The notes: a model not told the origin generated them from the sequence alone. A DNA stretch of 64,000 bases, filler included, from Paramecium tetraurelia (GCA_000165425.1; 6 parts of 6 records of this genome joined end to end with filler, not necessarily neighbours in it); one strand, 5' to 3'; shown: positions 1 to 15,781, numbered from the whole stretch's first letter. Translations and numbers: made by a program.

Positions 1-3000
1 TCATAACATACGACTCCAAAAATTTTAATAAATTATATAAAAAATTTAATGGAGGAAGTTTGTGAAATTATGAAAAGAATTAAGAAACCGTTTATTTTTA
101 GGTAATTTGAAAGAAAAAAAAAAATAATACTATAATATGAAATAATTGAAAAAGTAATTCAAAAAATAAATTAAAATATTAAGATTACCGATGTTACTAC
201 AGAAAGTTAATATTATCAAAATTTTAGGTTTTATTTTTAGAATGTCGTGTTATGATCATGAGGTCATATATTAAATTGTATTTAGATGGTAAGCAATTGA
301 TGATGAAAGAATTTAAGTCATAAACGAGTTTAACATGATGACTTTAGAAAACAAAACATATCCCTATGAGAATATTAACGCCGAAAAAGCATTTATTTCT
401 TTGATCAATCTATCCTATTAGGGTCCAGTTTATTTCGACATCATTGTATTTTGTTAAAATATCAACTTTAATAGATTTAAAAACTAACAAAAACAGATGT
501 CTACGTTATAATAACTACTCCAAATAATACATTATCAAACTTAACAGTGCTGGGATATTAAGTGATTTTAGGAACGGAAGAAGCCATTTCTATAATTGAA
601 AGTATTCAAACAACTGCTGATTATACAAGTCCTCAATATAGTATTTAAGTTAACTCTTGGTTTATTACTCCTATATCTGGGTTTGCTTTTAAAGCAACTG
701 ATAACATTAGAATTAAAAAAAATTATAACCAAGATTCAAGCAAAATATATTTTACCATAGATTGTTTTCAATGTACAATTAATTTTATACTTTTAAGCTG
801 ATAAATAATATACTCCATTTACTCATTCGGTAATTTGGATAAAATATTTACTTACTAAAGATTACGTAGCACTGGAAAGTAAAACTATAAGGATTACATA
901 AATCAAAGAAAGAATAGCCGATTTCAGAAACTCCTTTGAAGTCGAAATAATGGACACTAATTAAGTAATAAAAGCTTTGGGCACAAACAACTTCATAATT
1001 GACAAAAGCCTGGATTAGGTAATAAATTTAAGGGTCTACGCTCGATGTTATGCATAAAAGAAATTAAAAGTTATTTTAATAAGTGCAATGGATGCTCACC
1101 ATCATAATAGCATTATTTTTCTCATAATTGTTATGGGGGCTATTCATACAATTTAATTTTTCAATTCAAGTTTTTTTCCCACTATAAAAGGCCTATCNNN
1201 NNNNNNNNNNNNNNNNNNNNNNNNNNNNNNNNNNNNNNNNNNNNNNNNNNNNNNNNNNNNNNNNNNNNNNNNNNNNNNNNNNNNNNNNNNNNNNNNNNNN
1301 NNNNNNNNNNNNNNNNNNNNNNNNNNNNNNNNNNNNNNNNNNNNNNNNNNNNNNNNNNNNNNNNNNNNNNNNNNNNNNNNNNNNNNNNNNNNNNNNNNNN
1401 NNNNNNNNNNNNNNNNNNNNNNNNNNNNNNNNNNNNNNNNNNNNNNNNNNNNNNNNNNNNNNNNNNNNNNNNNNNNNNNNNNNNNNNNNNNNNNNNNNNN
1501 NNNNNNNNNNNNNNNNNNNNNNNNNNNNNNNNNNNNNNNNNNNNNNNNNNNNNNNNNNNNNNNNNNNNNNNNNNNNNNNNNNNNNNNNNNNNNNNNNNNN
1601 NNNNNNNNNNNNNNNNNNNNNNNNNNNNNNNNNNNNNNNNNNNNNNNNNNNNNNNNNNNNNNNNNNNNNNNNNNNNNNNNNNNNNNNNNNNNNNNNNNNN
1701 NNNNNNNNNNNNNNNNNNNNNNNNNNNNNNNNNNNNNNNNNNNNNNNNNNNNNNNNNNNNNNNNNNNNNNNNNNNNNNNNNNNNNNNNNNNNNNNNNNNN
1801 NNNNNNNNNNNNNNNNNNNNNNNNNNNNNNNNNNNNNNNNNNNNNNNNNNNNNNNNNNNNNNNNNNNNNNNNNCTTAATGAAGCTTGGTATATTAATTTC
1901 AATATAAATCTCATTAAATCACATTCACATTCAAAGTATTGAAAAATCTCCTTATACTTGATTACATTAACAACTTTCCTCCAATTTGACTTATCGATAT
2001 TTGATTATAACTTTTTTTCTTAATCTAAATTTAAATTGAATCATTTGGCAAATGAAAATCATGATGTAATTATTTAAATATTTTGAATGCCTACTAAATT
2101 CGACAACCCCTAATTGTAGTAGGTTGAGTAGGTCTGGATCATGTCGAAATGGTAGTTATGGTTTTTGATTTTTTTCTTAAGTTCGGAGGATTTATTTAGA
2201 ATCTTATAAATTTAGCTCTGTTATACTTAAAGTTACGTAGCTATTATGAGCGATGAAATTTAAGGGAATTAGAAAGCGAAAAAGGGAAGAGAGTCAAGTT
2301 TTATGAGGAGAGCAGGCCTTCTTTTCCCAACCCCGCCGAATAAAGTAATTGAGGAGAAACGATGTTGATTATTGTTTTTTATTTGAGTTTCATAAGAAAA
2401 TTATCACTATAATTCGTTGGCTATTATGATTCTAATTTTAGTAAGGAGGCAGTATTTGAACGAGATTGGTAAAAAATAAATGGTTAATTATAAATTTTAG
2501 AACTAAATTAAAAAAATATACCATAGTCTTAAATTTTTTCATAATGTCCACAAAAATAATCCTTCTTATTTTCAGAATGATTCCCATTAATATTATCATA
2601 ATATACTAAATTTGTATCCATTAAACTATAAAATTAAAGCTGGTTTTTGGCTGCGGGATATTAGTTGAATTCGAATAGAGTTAATTTAATAATATAGATT
2701 TGCTTCTTAACATACAAGTAATGTTAGTGCCATGTTATGCTGAAGTTAAAAATATTATCAAAGTCTTAATTTAGAGTTATTTATTCGCCGAGGAGATTTT
2801 CTATACTTCACTAACTTATTAAAATAAACCTAGGAGAGCTTATTAAACTTCCTTTTTTCGCTTACTAACATTTGCTCGTTTCAACCTGATCTTGAATAAT
2901 ACTAAGAAAAAGATAAAAATGTATTTATCTCAATTGATCAAATTATGCAAAAATACTAATTGTTTTTAAGTTATCTGCAGCAACAAATTTTCAATAGTTT

Positions 3001-3599
3001 ATTCAAGATTTCATATTATGAGGGCCTTAAGATTGATATTACTCTATTCAGATGAATATTAGATTCTAATTTGATTACTTTAAGCCAACTATTCAATGAT
3101 GTACAGATTTTGTTTGATGTGGTAACTTATTCTCAAATTTTAAAACATTAGGGTAACAATGTGACTTGGCTTTTGTTTATTCATAATGGACATTTGAAGC
3201 TCAATTGTTTAAACAAAGTTTAATCTCCTTCCTTTAGTTTTAGTGTTAAGTTCCACTGCTGAGAGTACTTCTTTCACATCTTAGATACTAAGAATTCTAA
3301 AATAAAGGACTACTTAAGTATTGAGGTAAAAATCCTTTACTTCTTTGCTTGGAGAGTAGAGGAATTTGAAAAAGATTAAGTGTAATAGATTTTAATTTTT
3401 AAATAAAACCTTAATTGCTTGATTTATTTGAAATTCAGATTTCAGCTGAATAACAAATATTGATTAAAAAATTAGAGACATAATTTTATTCCTTTGATTT
3501 GTTATGATTAAACTAAAATTTCTGAACTCCTTGTTTCTACAATTTTTTTTTTATCATTAGTAAAAATAGGTCTATCTAAAGAATGAATATCAGATGAAT

Positions 3600-5900
3600 C
3601 AGTTAACCTTATTCTTCTGAAAAATAAAAAAAAATACATTTTAAAAGTTACTAGGAGACCTTTAGAAAAAGAACCAAACGGTTGCCTTCAAGATTTATTA
3701 ATCAAATAAGATCGATAAAATTTTCATTATACAAAATCTTTACTAGTCCTAAACTTTAGGTAAATAAATGAAAGTTGGAAAATTGTAAATTGTATATAAT
3801 CTTAATCAGAAATACATCATAAACATTAAAATATCCCTCACTTATGTGATCTTCATATTGCTTTTTTACCTCACACTTCTTTTAACATACTTTTTATCTT
3901 ATCAAAAATTAATTATTAGATCCATCAATAGCAATGTCAACTACTTTATCTGTAGATATTAAGAAGCAGGACAAATTGGATCGAAACCTACAACCCAACT
4001 CAACAGTATATGATTTATCCTGACTTCTTGTTATTATTCTTCTTGTGATAAATATTTTAGAGCTCACTTTATGTGCTTTTGGTTTCGCTGCGTGATACTG
4101 GTCTTAATTGGTGGTTTAGGCTGTAAGCTTAAGTGATGTTCTGATATTGGTAGAAAAATGTTAATCCTTTTTCATGAATTATATTCATTAGGAATATTGT
4201 GGATGTCCAGTTTATTCAGGTGTGATACTACTTGTATATAATATTCAATCTTATGATGGATCATATAAACAAAGGGGTACATGTTCTTGATATCCTCATT
4301 AAAAATATTTGTATTTCTTCTTAACCTTTTATAAAAATGATAAAATTAAAATTCTAATTCCAAATAACACATTTTTTGTTGATAATCCTGATTAAAAGAT
4401 ATTGCAATATTATTCCCAACTAATAGCAGTGCTGGCTTCTTTGAAACGATAACAATGTGAATCATTTGAACTCCAGTTGAAAAAATTTCTAAGGAACTTG
4501 TGTCTTGCTTAAACCTCATAATTGGAAATAATAGTTTTCAACAATATGTAAAACTTTTGTCTCTCCATATTGCAACCAACACTTACTGACTGACTGCACA
4601 AACTTTAACTCCTTTTTAATGGAGCCTCTAACTAATAGTTGTTTTATATAGAAACTGAAACGCTGTTTCAGCAATATGAAAGCAAATCACTTCTTGTTTT
4701 GGGATAAAATTGATATCACTGGTACATTATATGTTGATGTCTGTCACTGGATGCAATTTTAATAATGGAGATCCCATCATTGCAGTTCAGTCTCACATCA
4801 ATCAAAAGCTCTTTTTCACTAAAACTTTTCCTTAATTAACAAAAGCAAGCGACCATAAATTGAATGACTAATGTGCTGATTGTTGTGATGCACTGGCAAT
4901 TTTCTTCAAGTTCGACATTTAATGAAATAATGTCAGTTACATTTCTGTCCATTACAAATCAAATTTTTATTAAATGTGAGTATTTTGAAACTGAAAATTG
5001 TATCTCATAAAATGTTAAATATTAACTGATTATGAAGACTTGGCATTCATTCTTAATAAATGCTCTTGTGATGAGATCTGTTTTTATAGATATTGGAGAA
5101 TAATTAACACTAAAACTGGTAAATTTGTATCCTGAAATAGCTAGATGAGGCGAGCCATACACACCACTACAAAAAATTCTTTATAAATTCTAATCCTAAA
5201 ACAACAGAGGATCTCTCTCCAGTACTTGGAATCCTCTCAAAAAGTAAAAACTTACTGCTTGCATATTATTGTATGCTGACACTTTAGAATATTGTCATTA
5301 GAATAGCCTCCAGTCGCAAATGGTGTAGAAATTTTAAAGGACGATAGGCATACCTAGATTGAATCTAGCTAGTGACTTCTTCCATTTCTTAAAAGCTTCA
5401 CAATTATTAGCAAACTTTTTCCCTTTAGATACAAGGATGATGAAACCAAAAAAAATTTGAAGGATTCATGCTTTCTAAAAAGTAACACATTCCAAACTTA
5501 TTGTATTCATCTATGAATACCGTAGCGGAGAGTCTAATGAATTTAAAGGAAGTATAACAGAGTTACAGCCATCTAAAAGCTATGAAAAATTCAATGATGT
5601 AATAACCTTTATCGCCATTCAATAGATATGATGTAGTTTGGGAATGTCCCTAATTATATCTTATAATTTTACTTGATCAGTTTGGATTTTTTTATCAAAA
5701 TCTAAAGTCCATTAGTCAGACGCTTTGGATTCTTAGTCGTGGAAATGTACAAATAAAGTTAGGATTTTAAAGTTGAAAGTCTTTCATAAGGGTTTTTTAA
5801 ATTTTGACTAATGATAGAATTTGAAAAATTAATTTTTATATTTGCAAATATTGTTCATCTCCTTTATTAAAGTAGAACTGCATAATTTTTAGACATTAAG
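3600..5900 (+). pseudogene. Degenerate Cys-rich (furin-like repeat) surface-protein gene relic
   Basis: Scattered Cys-rich fragments (e.g. CDTTC near 4220) in shifting frames with many in-frame TGA; boundaries approximate. Confidence 0.3.
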
Positions 5901-6459
5901 AACAAAAATGAGAGAAAAGGAATTTATATTAATATCGGTTTCATATTTATTATTTGCTGCCAACTAAACAATCTTCATATTCATCTTTAAATTTACGTGT
6001 TAATTTAAAAAAGAAGGTTCATTTCGTATTCTATAATAATAGCTCGAATATTTGGAATAATATATTCAATAATTAGCTTCACAGTTCTAATTAGTTGCTT
6101 AATACTAAATAAGTTTTATTAAATTTTATTATTATAGCTGATTGTATTAATTTCGATTTAAGTATATAATTGTAAATTTACTTGATTAGTTTTTAATCAA
6201 CGAATATCTGGATTCCTCAAAATCATAAATTAAATTGCAACAGCAAACAATTAATGCAAATCAACAACATTTCATTAAAATTCAATTGCTGAATCTGAGT
6301 TACCGGAAGTTAGAATTTCTGCAATTCATGCAATTAAAAAAAATGTATTCAAAACTTTAATAATGTATTTATATAAAGTTCATTTGCATTATTTTATATA
6401 AATTAATCTTTATTAGAAAATACCTTATTAATAGATATTAATATAATTAAAATTTTTAT

Positions 6460-9158
6460 ATGTTATAATAAAAAATAAGTTAAGATCTTTAAGAGACTAC
6501 ATGTAAAAGCCACAATTTGGAATTTATTGCTGTTGATTTGGATATGTCAAATAGATCAGAGATTATGTTTTTTTGTGGTAAATGTTTAGTTGATAAACTA
6601 AATAATAATAAAGTGACGACCATTGAGTAATCGAAAGAACGAATCTAATAAATGAAGACTTAATAATAAGAAATAAAGTTTAAAGAGAATCAAGCAAGAC
6701 TAAATTATTTTAAGAGTATTTTAGATTAAATAATGGATTTTAAACGATCTATAGATGATTCTTTAGAAAAGATGTATAAGCAAATATAATAGTATACATT
6801 CTCAATCTAAAAGGAAAAATAAGAATTACAAGAAGTTTAATATCGATTGAATTATTTTGAGGATATAAAATAATTATCAGAATTCTCTTCTTTAGATATG
6901 TAGAAATCAACTATATTAATTGAAGATAACGCTTTTATCTAAGAGTTAACAAGATAATTTGAATTGCTATTTAATAATGCTGAATATTTTTAGACCTTAA
7001 GATACATTCAAAAATACAAAATAAATAATCCAAGATTTAATTGATAATAATGTTATTGAGTTATAACCATTATTATAGACAAAAAATGAATCGGTAATTT
7101 TAATTATTTCTTTCTAGAAAACACCAAGTTTAAGTAGAGTTTGCTTGAATCATAAAAAGGAAATTATTATGATTGATATGGATTCTTAAAATAAGAAAAT
7201 TGAAGATAGATTTGTTTGTGTTGATTGCATATTTGAAAACCCGTTAATTAAGTATTAAACAATTGAAAATGTTAATAAATTATGGATAGATTATAATTAG
7301 GAATCTGAAAATATATTTTCAAATTATAAAAAGGAAAGTAAAAATAAAAGAAATGATTTATTCAATCAAATTACTCAAATGAGAAGAAATTACAATTAGA
7401 AATTGAATGAAATTAGTGAAAAATTAATCTCTGAATAATTCTTATCAATTCATAAAAGCAAAGAAATTAATTAAATTAAGAGGATCTCAATATAAACTTT
7501 ATAAAATGAATAATTATTAAATGATTTAACCTTATTAATTGAAAAAGAAAAAGTAAATTAAGGTTAAAAAATGTCAATTTTAAAAAATAAAGAGTCAATT
7601 TTTCAGTAAGAAATTGAAAATCATTTAGAATCATTAAAATAAATTGATTAATTAGATATTTAATAATCAATAGATATACTCAAATAAATACCACGTACTA
7701 ATTGATATATATATTTTATTAGTTGAACGTAATGTAATTTTTCAATTATAAGAACATATTTCATAATTTTCTAATTGTGCATAGACTAAGGATTAAAATT
7801 AGATAAAATTTATAAAAGATATCCTGAAATTGATCGATTAGGCTAAAAAGTACTAATGCTAAATAAACTTATTTGATTAGACTATTAATTTGTTTTAAAT
7901 GCACAATAATACAATAGATTAAATCTAATAACAAATTTTAAATTAAACTAAAGATTAGATTAATAACTAGTATTAGAATCTATCAACAATAATTAATGAT
8001 TACATCAATACTTTTGATAATAAAAGTAAATAGATCAAGAAATATTGTAGTATTGAAAAATTGGAAGGAGATTTATTAAAGTTGACAGAAATCAATAAAA
8101 ACTTAGAAAATGAAAGTAATGTTATAAATCAATACATAGAAACTAATCTATTAAACAAAATGTCCAAGTAATTAGTTGAAAAACAGTAGGAATATTAAAA
8201 AGTATTAGAGGAATAACAGACTAAGAGTATTTCTAATTTACTTATAAGATTAAAACCAAATTGATGAGTTGACTATCAAATTATAATCAAAGGAAAAAGA
8301 AAACTAAAATTTCAAAGAGTTATTTGATCAAAAAACTTAAGAAATACTAAACCTGAAGAAATAAAAAGAAGAGGATAAATTACAGCTTATTAAAAATTTA
8401 GAAGATAACAGTATTCATTTCTCTCATCATACATAGAAAAAAAATAAGTCGAAGAAATGGCTGAAATAATCAATCAAAAGGAATCAGAGTTCCAAAATGT
8501 ATAACGACAACTTGATTAGATTAATTAAGAAAATGTATAAAAAGAAATATAATTAAAATTAGAATTAGAAAAAGTATTCTGTTACAATTTAATCATAGAT
8601 CAAACAATATCCTAAAATTTTAGTATTTTCTAATACATACAAGCATCCAAATTGTTAAGTGAGTGAAGGTGGAAAAGTTGTTGAGAATATTAGTAGTAGT
8701 TGGTTATATTGTCTTTGTGAATAAGCAATTCCAAAGAATGGGAAAACACTGTTTGCATTCTAAATGATCAGTGGAACTTACTTTAATGTTGGAATAGGAT
8801 TCAGAGATATTATATAAAAAAATAATTATGACCTAGAAGTTGGTAATGGGTATTAAATTAAATCAAAATAGATAATATTTGATAACCCATAATGGTTATA
8901 CTTTCTCTCATCATAACAAAAATGTTGATAACAAATAATTATCATTCACTTTTACAACTAACGATGTAATAATAATTGAAGTAAGTATTGAACATAAATA
9001 TATCAAATGGACGAGATAGAATAATTCATTAGCAACCGTTGTAACTATCAAACTATTATTAGATGCTAGAAATAGATACATCCTTATCATAAGAATTATA
9101 TTCATGTGTTTACTTTTATTAGTCCAAAATTAAAATATTGGATAATATTCCAAATTGA
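6460..9158 (+). CDS. Protein with two Cys/His (B-box-like) motifs, long coiled coils and a C-terminal SPRY/B30.2-like domain; apparent +1 frameshift near 7000
   Basis: Code-6 translation gives MLQQKISQDLQETTCKSHNLEFIAVD...FFCGKCLVD and a second motif CLNHKKEIIMID...FVCVDCIFENP. The C-terminus reads ...WLYCLCEQAIPKNGKTLFAFQMISGTYFNVGIGFRD...FTTNDVIIIEVSIEHKYIKW...LYSCVYFYQSKIKILDNIPN*. Several short introns are present. An extra base near 7000 gives a premature TGA at 7042-7044. Confidence 0.65.
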
Positions 9159-9699
9159 ATGTAGAAAATTATAAAAAATAATATCATTTATATGTCAATT
9201 TTATTTATTTAAATATCATTCAAAGCATTAAATGCAAAACTAAGAAATGAATCAGTCCTATTATATGGTATTAAGAAAAAAGATAAAGGTCAAAATGAGA
9301 ACAACTAATTTAGTATTCAGGGATAACAGAAATAAAATGATCCTTGCATAATGTGGAATATCTGGTTCTCTTAGGCAGTAAAAATTAAATCGGAAATAAA
9401 ACCATTATGAGACCTAAGATGGAAGCAGCTGCTCTTAATTTCCAATCTGCTCGGATACCTAGGATAATGATGATGCTGGAACTTTAAGTTAAGCCGAATA
9501 AATACTAACCATTTCTAGACATGGAAAGATGTCTTTCGACACTATTGCAAATCAAGTGTAGACCTTACTTTGAAAGTTGTCGTTCACAAACAATGATAAT
9601 TGTACATATAAATAATAATATTAATATTAAAATTTCATTTAATTTACAATAATATACTTCTTTTTAACATATATAATATTATTAACCTCATGTGCCTCT

Positions 9700-12600
9700 T
9701 TTTTGACTCATCATATAACACATTGGAAACTGTCTACTTAAAGAATGGGAGCAGATATAAAGAAAATTCATAGGAAAGGAAAATCACTAGTTTACACATA
9801 GCTAACAGGATGAATGCAAGTTGATGAACAGCCTCTTCCAGTTTAGGCTTCACTAAAAAATTGGTTGCATTTCCAATCATTTTTTTCAAAGCAGAGTTTA
9901 CTTTTATAAATGACATGAGGAGTCTTTATTAACGCTGCGTTATTTTTACATTAGCTTCAGAGATTTTGTCACCAATATGCACCATCGCATTCTTCTTCTG
10001 ATCTACAGGCGCATGTGATGCGTCAAATAGTTATTCCTATATCTAGTAATTAAGAGATACACAAAAATGGCAGATTTAAGTTCTCCTTAAGTATTATAGA
10101 AAATTCTTCATATTATAAAGCAAAAAGATAGAAAATATAATTCTGCAAGAATTGCTAGCAGTTTTACTCTTTAAAGAAAAGCCTCGACTTTGCAAAATTT
10201 GTTCAATCTTTTGCTCCTACAGGCATCAGTAAGTATTGTCTATTTATCAAGGTATTTCTTAAGCAGCAAGTTATATTATGCGGAATCAGAGTACTATTCA
10301 GGTAGAGAATTTGCAACCTATCTATTAATAGTGCAGCTCATAGCTGAGTTGTGTTGTATAATTTTATAATGGTCATACTTTGACCATTAATTGTCTTCAT
10401 AGCTTTTAAGATGTAGTTTATTATTTAGGGAAATGAAGAAAAGCTGATCCATTTATTTGGAAACCATATTAATTAACAGCACTAGTAAATTTTTTCAAGG
10501 ATGATCTCATTAGGTCTGCAAGTCCAACATTATGATTATCAGAACTGCCATCACTGCGATGCGCCCACGCTAGGCTATCAAAACAGTTTCGAGGTTTTTA
10601 AGAACATTCTGAATAGTCATGACAAACTTTTCATCTCCATCTTGTAAACTCCAGCATCTCCTTCACAAATTATGAATGAAAGAGATGATAAATAAGAGTC
10701 TGAAATTCATAGAACATCCTGATTATTAAGAAGAGCGATAAATATAATGGTCTAAAATGGATGAACGCTCCACTCCAATTTAGTAATGAGTACATAATAG
10801 TATAATAATTGGCTTTCTTACTCCTTTCTAAGAGAGTTTAGGTATTAAAGTTGACAGAAATGAACTATCAAAAAATTTTTTGGTTTAATTTATGCTTCGT
10901 ACATCTGCAGACGCATAAAATATGCATGATCTTAATACTACTTGATCTAATAGCACATTGAAAGCTGTTAAATAAAGCCAAATTTTAGGTTATTGTTTAA
11001 GTACAGGCAAATTTGAAGGAGGATTATCTACTTTCACATTATAAAATTATTTCGCGATAATAAAAACAGCACTGATACATACTACTAGGATAAAACTCGT
11101 AATGTATTGGCAAGCGCTCAAAGCACTAACACTAATTAACTAAAGACTTCAACTATGTGATACATCAAGATCAAGATATATATTGACTTCAAAATTCTCT
11201 CTGTGAAGATAAACAGTAGAAAATGAAAAATTAATCTTATCCAGTATTTGAACATCACTTGCAAGATGAGATGCTAAAAGATTCAATTATTACACATACA
11301 TTGAGAGAAAGTAAAATCGTCCTTAGATCAAGATTACTAAAATTATAGGTCATCCATCTGCATGATATTGCCAAGATTTACAGGTTGAGGGAGGATGCGG
11401 ATTATTCAATTGCATGAAAAACTAGAATCCGTAAGTGCGGCACTTTATATCATTAGAATCTATGATAATATTGCATGTAGCACGCAAAAGGAACAAACTT
11501 ATCATCAAAAGTAAAAAATGAGTGCCAAAAAGCATTGAATATGCATTGAATGCTATACAGCACACAGTTAGTATGAGAAAGGTTGATATATAAGACAATC
11601 TACAATTCAAGAAATTACCCATTATGACCATTTGAATAATAAACGGATGGACAAGATAAACAAGAGTTAGCGGTACAATTTCAGTGTTAGTGGATGTGGT
11701 GATGATGATGATCATTAAATAAGAACATTTGCAAAGGATTTAAACTAGTATTTATTCAAGATACTAGTTTCAACTTCTTGTCAATCATAATTATCGAACC
11801 GATGAATGTGAAGGCTATTATAAAAGATGTAAATAATTGTACATAACTTTGATCATTGTGTGATATGCACTGTTTAGAAAAATTACAGCTGTCTAAGTAA
11901 TTATCTCTAATAGACCATATAACTCTGATGCCACAAGTAGTTGTAAGTATTTTGCTAAGCTCTCTAAAATTTGTAAATCATCAGCTGAGTTTATGAATCT
12001 TCTTTATTAATGCTAGTAATCAATTTAAGCATTTCGGCTATTAGTCAGCTGTTCTGGAGAGACATGAGCTATTTTTCAAACTTAATTTATTACTAAATAG
12101 CTCTTGTTTCCAGTATCAATTATCCTGTACCATTTGCTTCATGCTTCTGCTAAAAACTATCATGATAGTACAACATGTACTTATGATAGTTTTGTACAAG
12201 ATTTTGATTAAGATTTAGTATAAGTTGAGTCTTAAATTGCATCACTGACTTTACTCTGATAAATATATATTAAATTAAAATATGCAAAAACTTTTACATA
12301 TCCATGTTTTCTTTTTCATGCAAAATAGCAACTCAAGTTCCAAATTTATCATAATATTACTTCAAAGTAAAGGTAAAGGATAAGGCTTACAAGTATTGGC
12401 AGAACAAGAACAATATACAGGTATCATAAATCCTTTATATATAAGCGACAGTAGCATTTCAATTTTTTAGGATAGTTAAGCAAAGACATACCGATATTTA
12501 TTGTAAGGACATAATATGACTGAAAAATATAGGATTGCAATCTCTGTTATAACTATTGTACATTCCAAAGCAAAAAACAAAACTTAAAGTTGAGAATGAG

Positions 12601-15400
12601 GTAATTATTTTTTCTAACTGACTTAAATCGAATAAATTCACTAAAATTCGTGTTTCACATTAAAAATAAATTCATAATTGTTATTATGTAAACTTGAAAT
12701 TGCTTATTTGACAATGCCACGAATATTAATTTCTCTTCTCATGCATAAGATATTTGTATGTTACTTAGCAGGTAGTATGAACACTTTCTTAACTTAATAT
12801 ATGAATTAATTTAATGTATAAATTAGATAACCTGTTTAACTTTATAAATTGTATTAGGTTGATTATTAATTGTTAGCAATGTTCGAAAATCTTTTATAAT
12901 TCTTCACAATCATCATCTGTTATTTGTCTTAGGTGTACAACTTCTAACAATGCTTGCAGGTGGCGATTCAATATATTTTCGCTTATTTTAGTAGAGTTTA
13001 AATGTAATAAAGGGACGACAATTGCATACTAAAATTTTTTATATTGGGCAGCTGCATCACACATAGTTTAAAATATTTCTCTTTATACACATGAATTTCA
13101 AGAATTTTTCACCATTAGGTTTTGTATATTGAAGCCGAAAATTTACACCCACCTAACAGAAATGAAAAATTATTTATGATTTTATCAGCCTTGATCATAT
13201 ATTACTGCTACTACAATTAATTTATGTTTTGAGGCACTATTCAACTTTTGCTCAACTTTGTACTGATACTTAGATAGAATCAATGTTTGTACTTTTAAAG
13301 AATTTGATTTTCATTGTGCATCATCTTCCTCTTCAACACATCCTAGCATTACTTTCTTTTTCAACGCTTGCCTTGATGTGCCCTTTATGGTCCTATTTTA
13401 AAATACTTAATAAACCAACTTTGAGCAGTTGTTAGATTATTTATGAACTGTTATTGTACTACAACAATGAATTATTCCATTAAGTTTGATGTGGTGAATG
13501 ATCAATTTTTCTTGTGTTTACTTCATTTTATACAATAATATTTGAATCACCAATTAAGATTCTACTTATACTACCCTCATGGATCTTTCTTTGTATTCCT
13601 CTAAGAAAGAACTTTAAACTACTTCTTTTATGCTATCACAATTGATTCATACTGTTGTTACAAATGTTTATGGTATTCACAATTAATTATATTAATACCT
13701 AAATAAGGTTAATGCGTAATTTAGTTGTTCTAGTATATGCATACATATATTAATTCTTAATGGGACGACTTAGGATTAATTCACCTTCTTATAGGCATCT
13801 TTTATTTCAGAGACCGACAGCCTATCTTACCACAAATTATTGCTAGAATAAGACTACTGAATGATGCTCACCAAACGCACTTGCAGATAGATGCCTCCAG
13901 TCACCGTAATTACTTGAATAATTCTTGAAACAAGTGATTTAGATGTTATTTAAATATTAAACCATCCCTAAATAAAGTCTGATATTGGATCCTAAAGATT
14001 TTTCTTCTTTTCCTGTATTAGCAGGCATTTCACTTGACTCTTTTTCAAAAAATATACATCAGTACTTGTTTATATTTGTAAATTACGATGTATATCCTCC
14101 TTTTCATTAAATAAAAATCATCTGTTTCAAATGACGCACTATTTGTCACATTGTATAAAAATGCTTCTTGTTTTAATGAGTCCCATCTCTTTAATGATAG
14201 ATGCCTTCACTCTTAATGCTTTAATTGGTGATGCGCATAGTGGCTCTTACATTTATTTTATTAGGATTGTGAGAAAGTATCTGGAACATTTCTAATTCCA
14301 CATGCTCTTAAATAAAATGGTAATCTTTTGAGAACAATTTTTAAGTGTTCTTATTGTACCCAAATATTATCCTTACTTCCAAAAATCATACAACTTTTAA
14401 TTTTATTTAAATAGTGTTAAAATTCTACGTCAGTGTATGGATTCTCTAGTGATTCAGATACTGCTACCACTCCTTTAATACACTTGATAAACCGAACATT
14501 TGAAAACTTGAACATTCATGTGGTGAATGTTCTATATTGTATTCCTATGATATGGTAAAAAAAATGGCTTTCTATCCAAGGCCTAATCTTATAAATATTT
14601 TATGTGAAACTTCTCACCTTAAAAATGTAAAAAGGTTAATTTATTTAGTAGAACACATTGGAGATTAAATTACATATACAAGTTGAACTGTTGTACTAAA
14701 TTATTATTTTGACTCGTGCTTACGCTACATATATCTCAATCCTAATAGATTTTTCTTATCGCCTCTGGTGAGGTATGTAAAGTTCCATATGTAAGCACAA
14801 GGATCTTTGGTATCCAATTTTTCCTAAGCGTAATTAGCTTTCTATTTGATTGAATTTTGAAGGGGAGATATGTGAACCTGGCCATCAACATCTTCTAGGT
14901 TAATGTTTTGAACCATATTATACATGCATATCAAGATATCATTAAACTATTACTAAAGCAAATTCAGTCTGATAGTCATGATGTTCTGAAATTTTAAGTT
15001 GTTTGTGTCAACTAATTATTTCCAGTTCAAAAATATTCACAAATACAACTTGAAATGAGACATTACAAACATTTTTAGAAAATTAGCAAAATTAGCCTGA
15101 TTAACATAAAAATTTATATTTAATATTACAACATTATCTAAAAGAAGAGATGCTTCATATAAAATGATTTGATCAATAATTATAATATCCAACATTGCAA
15201 ACACATTAAAAATTGAGTGCTTTGTTTCTGTCAAACCTGAAGCACGATCAAAGGAATATTGATACTTGCAATAAATGGATGTGAGCAAGAATTTGCTTGC
15301 TTTTAATAGTGTATTGAAATTTTTTGGAAATTATTTCTTGGATGAAAGAGGTACATATGAAGAAAATAAATAATTTTCAAATAATGCCTTCTACATAACA
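9700..15400 (-). pseudogene. Large degenerate Cys/Thr-rich surface-antigen-like gene relic
   Basis: Higher GC than flanks and Cys-containing fragments on the minus strand, but no long open frame under code 6. Family assignment and limits are uncertain. Confidence 0.3.
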
Positions 15401-15781
15401 GTGGTATATGATATTAATCATTCCCAAGCTCATAAAGATGAAATCTAATTAAATATTCTTTATAATTAGATAAAGCCTTACTAGATTATTAGTTTTTGAC
15501 TTTATACACATTTTGATATAATTGGATTAAATTTCGAAAAAAGTTATCTATAATTAATAAATCAATATATAAAACCCTAGAAAGAAAAATATCGTCATTA
15601 ATTTAAAATTGGATTTCTAATTTCGCAATCAACTCTAATTTATTTATTGAATAATAAGAAAATAGTATTTTTTTTATTTAAAACAAATTTCAGTTTTCAT
15701 TATAGCAAATTTAGATTGAAATTAACCGAGATATGAATTTCTCTCCTTTATTATTATACATAAAAGAATTCAATCACCTTC

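Noticed and set aside
1153..1914. Long ORF-track entries made of X (also 35803-37008, 45642-46298, 51358-51907)
   Set aside because: Artefacts of translating N gaps.
7476..7670. Short hydrophobic ORF-track entries (also 8911-9105, 26380-26613, 27962-28216, 28717-28905, 31370-31612, 57870-58202)
   Set aside because: Antisense shadows of real code-6 genes on the opposite strand.
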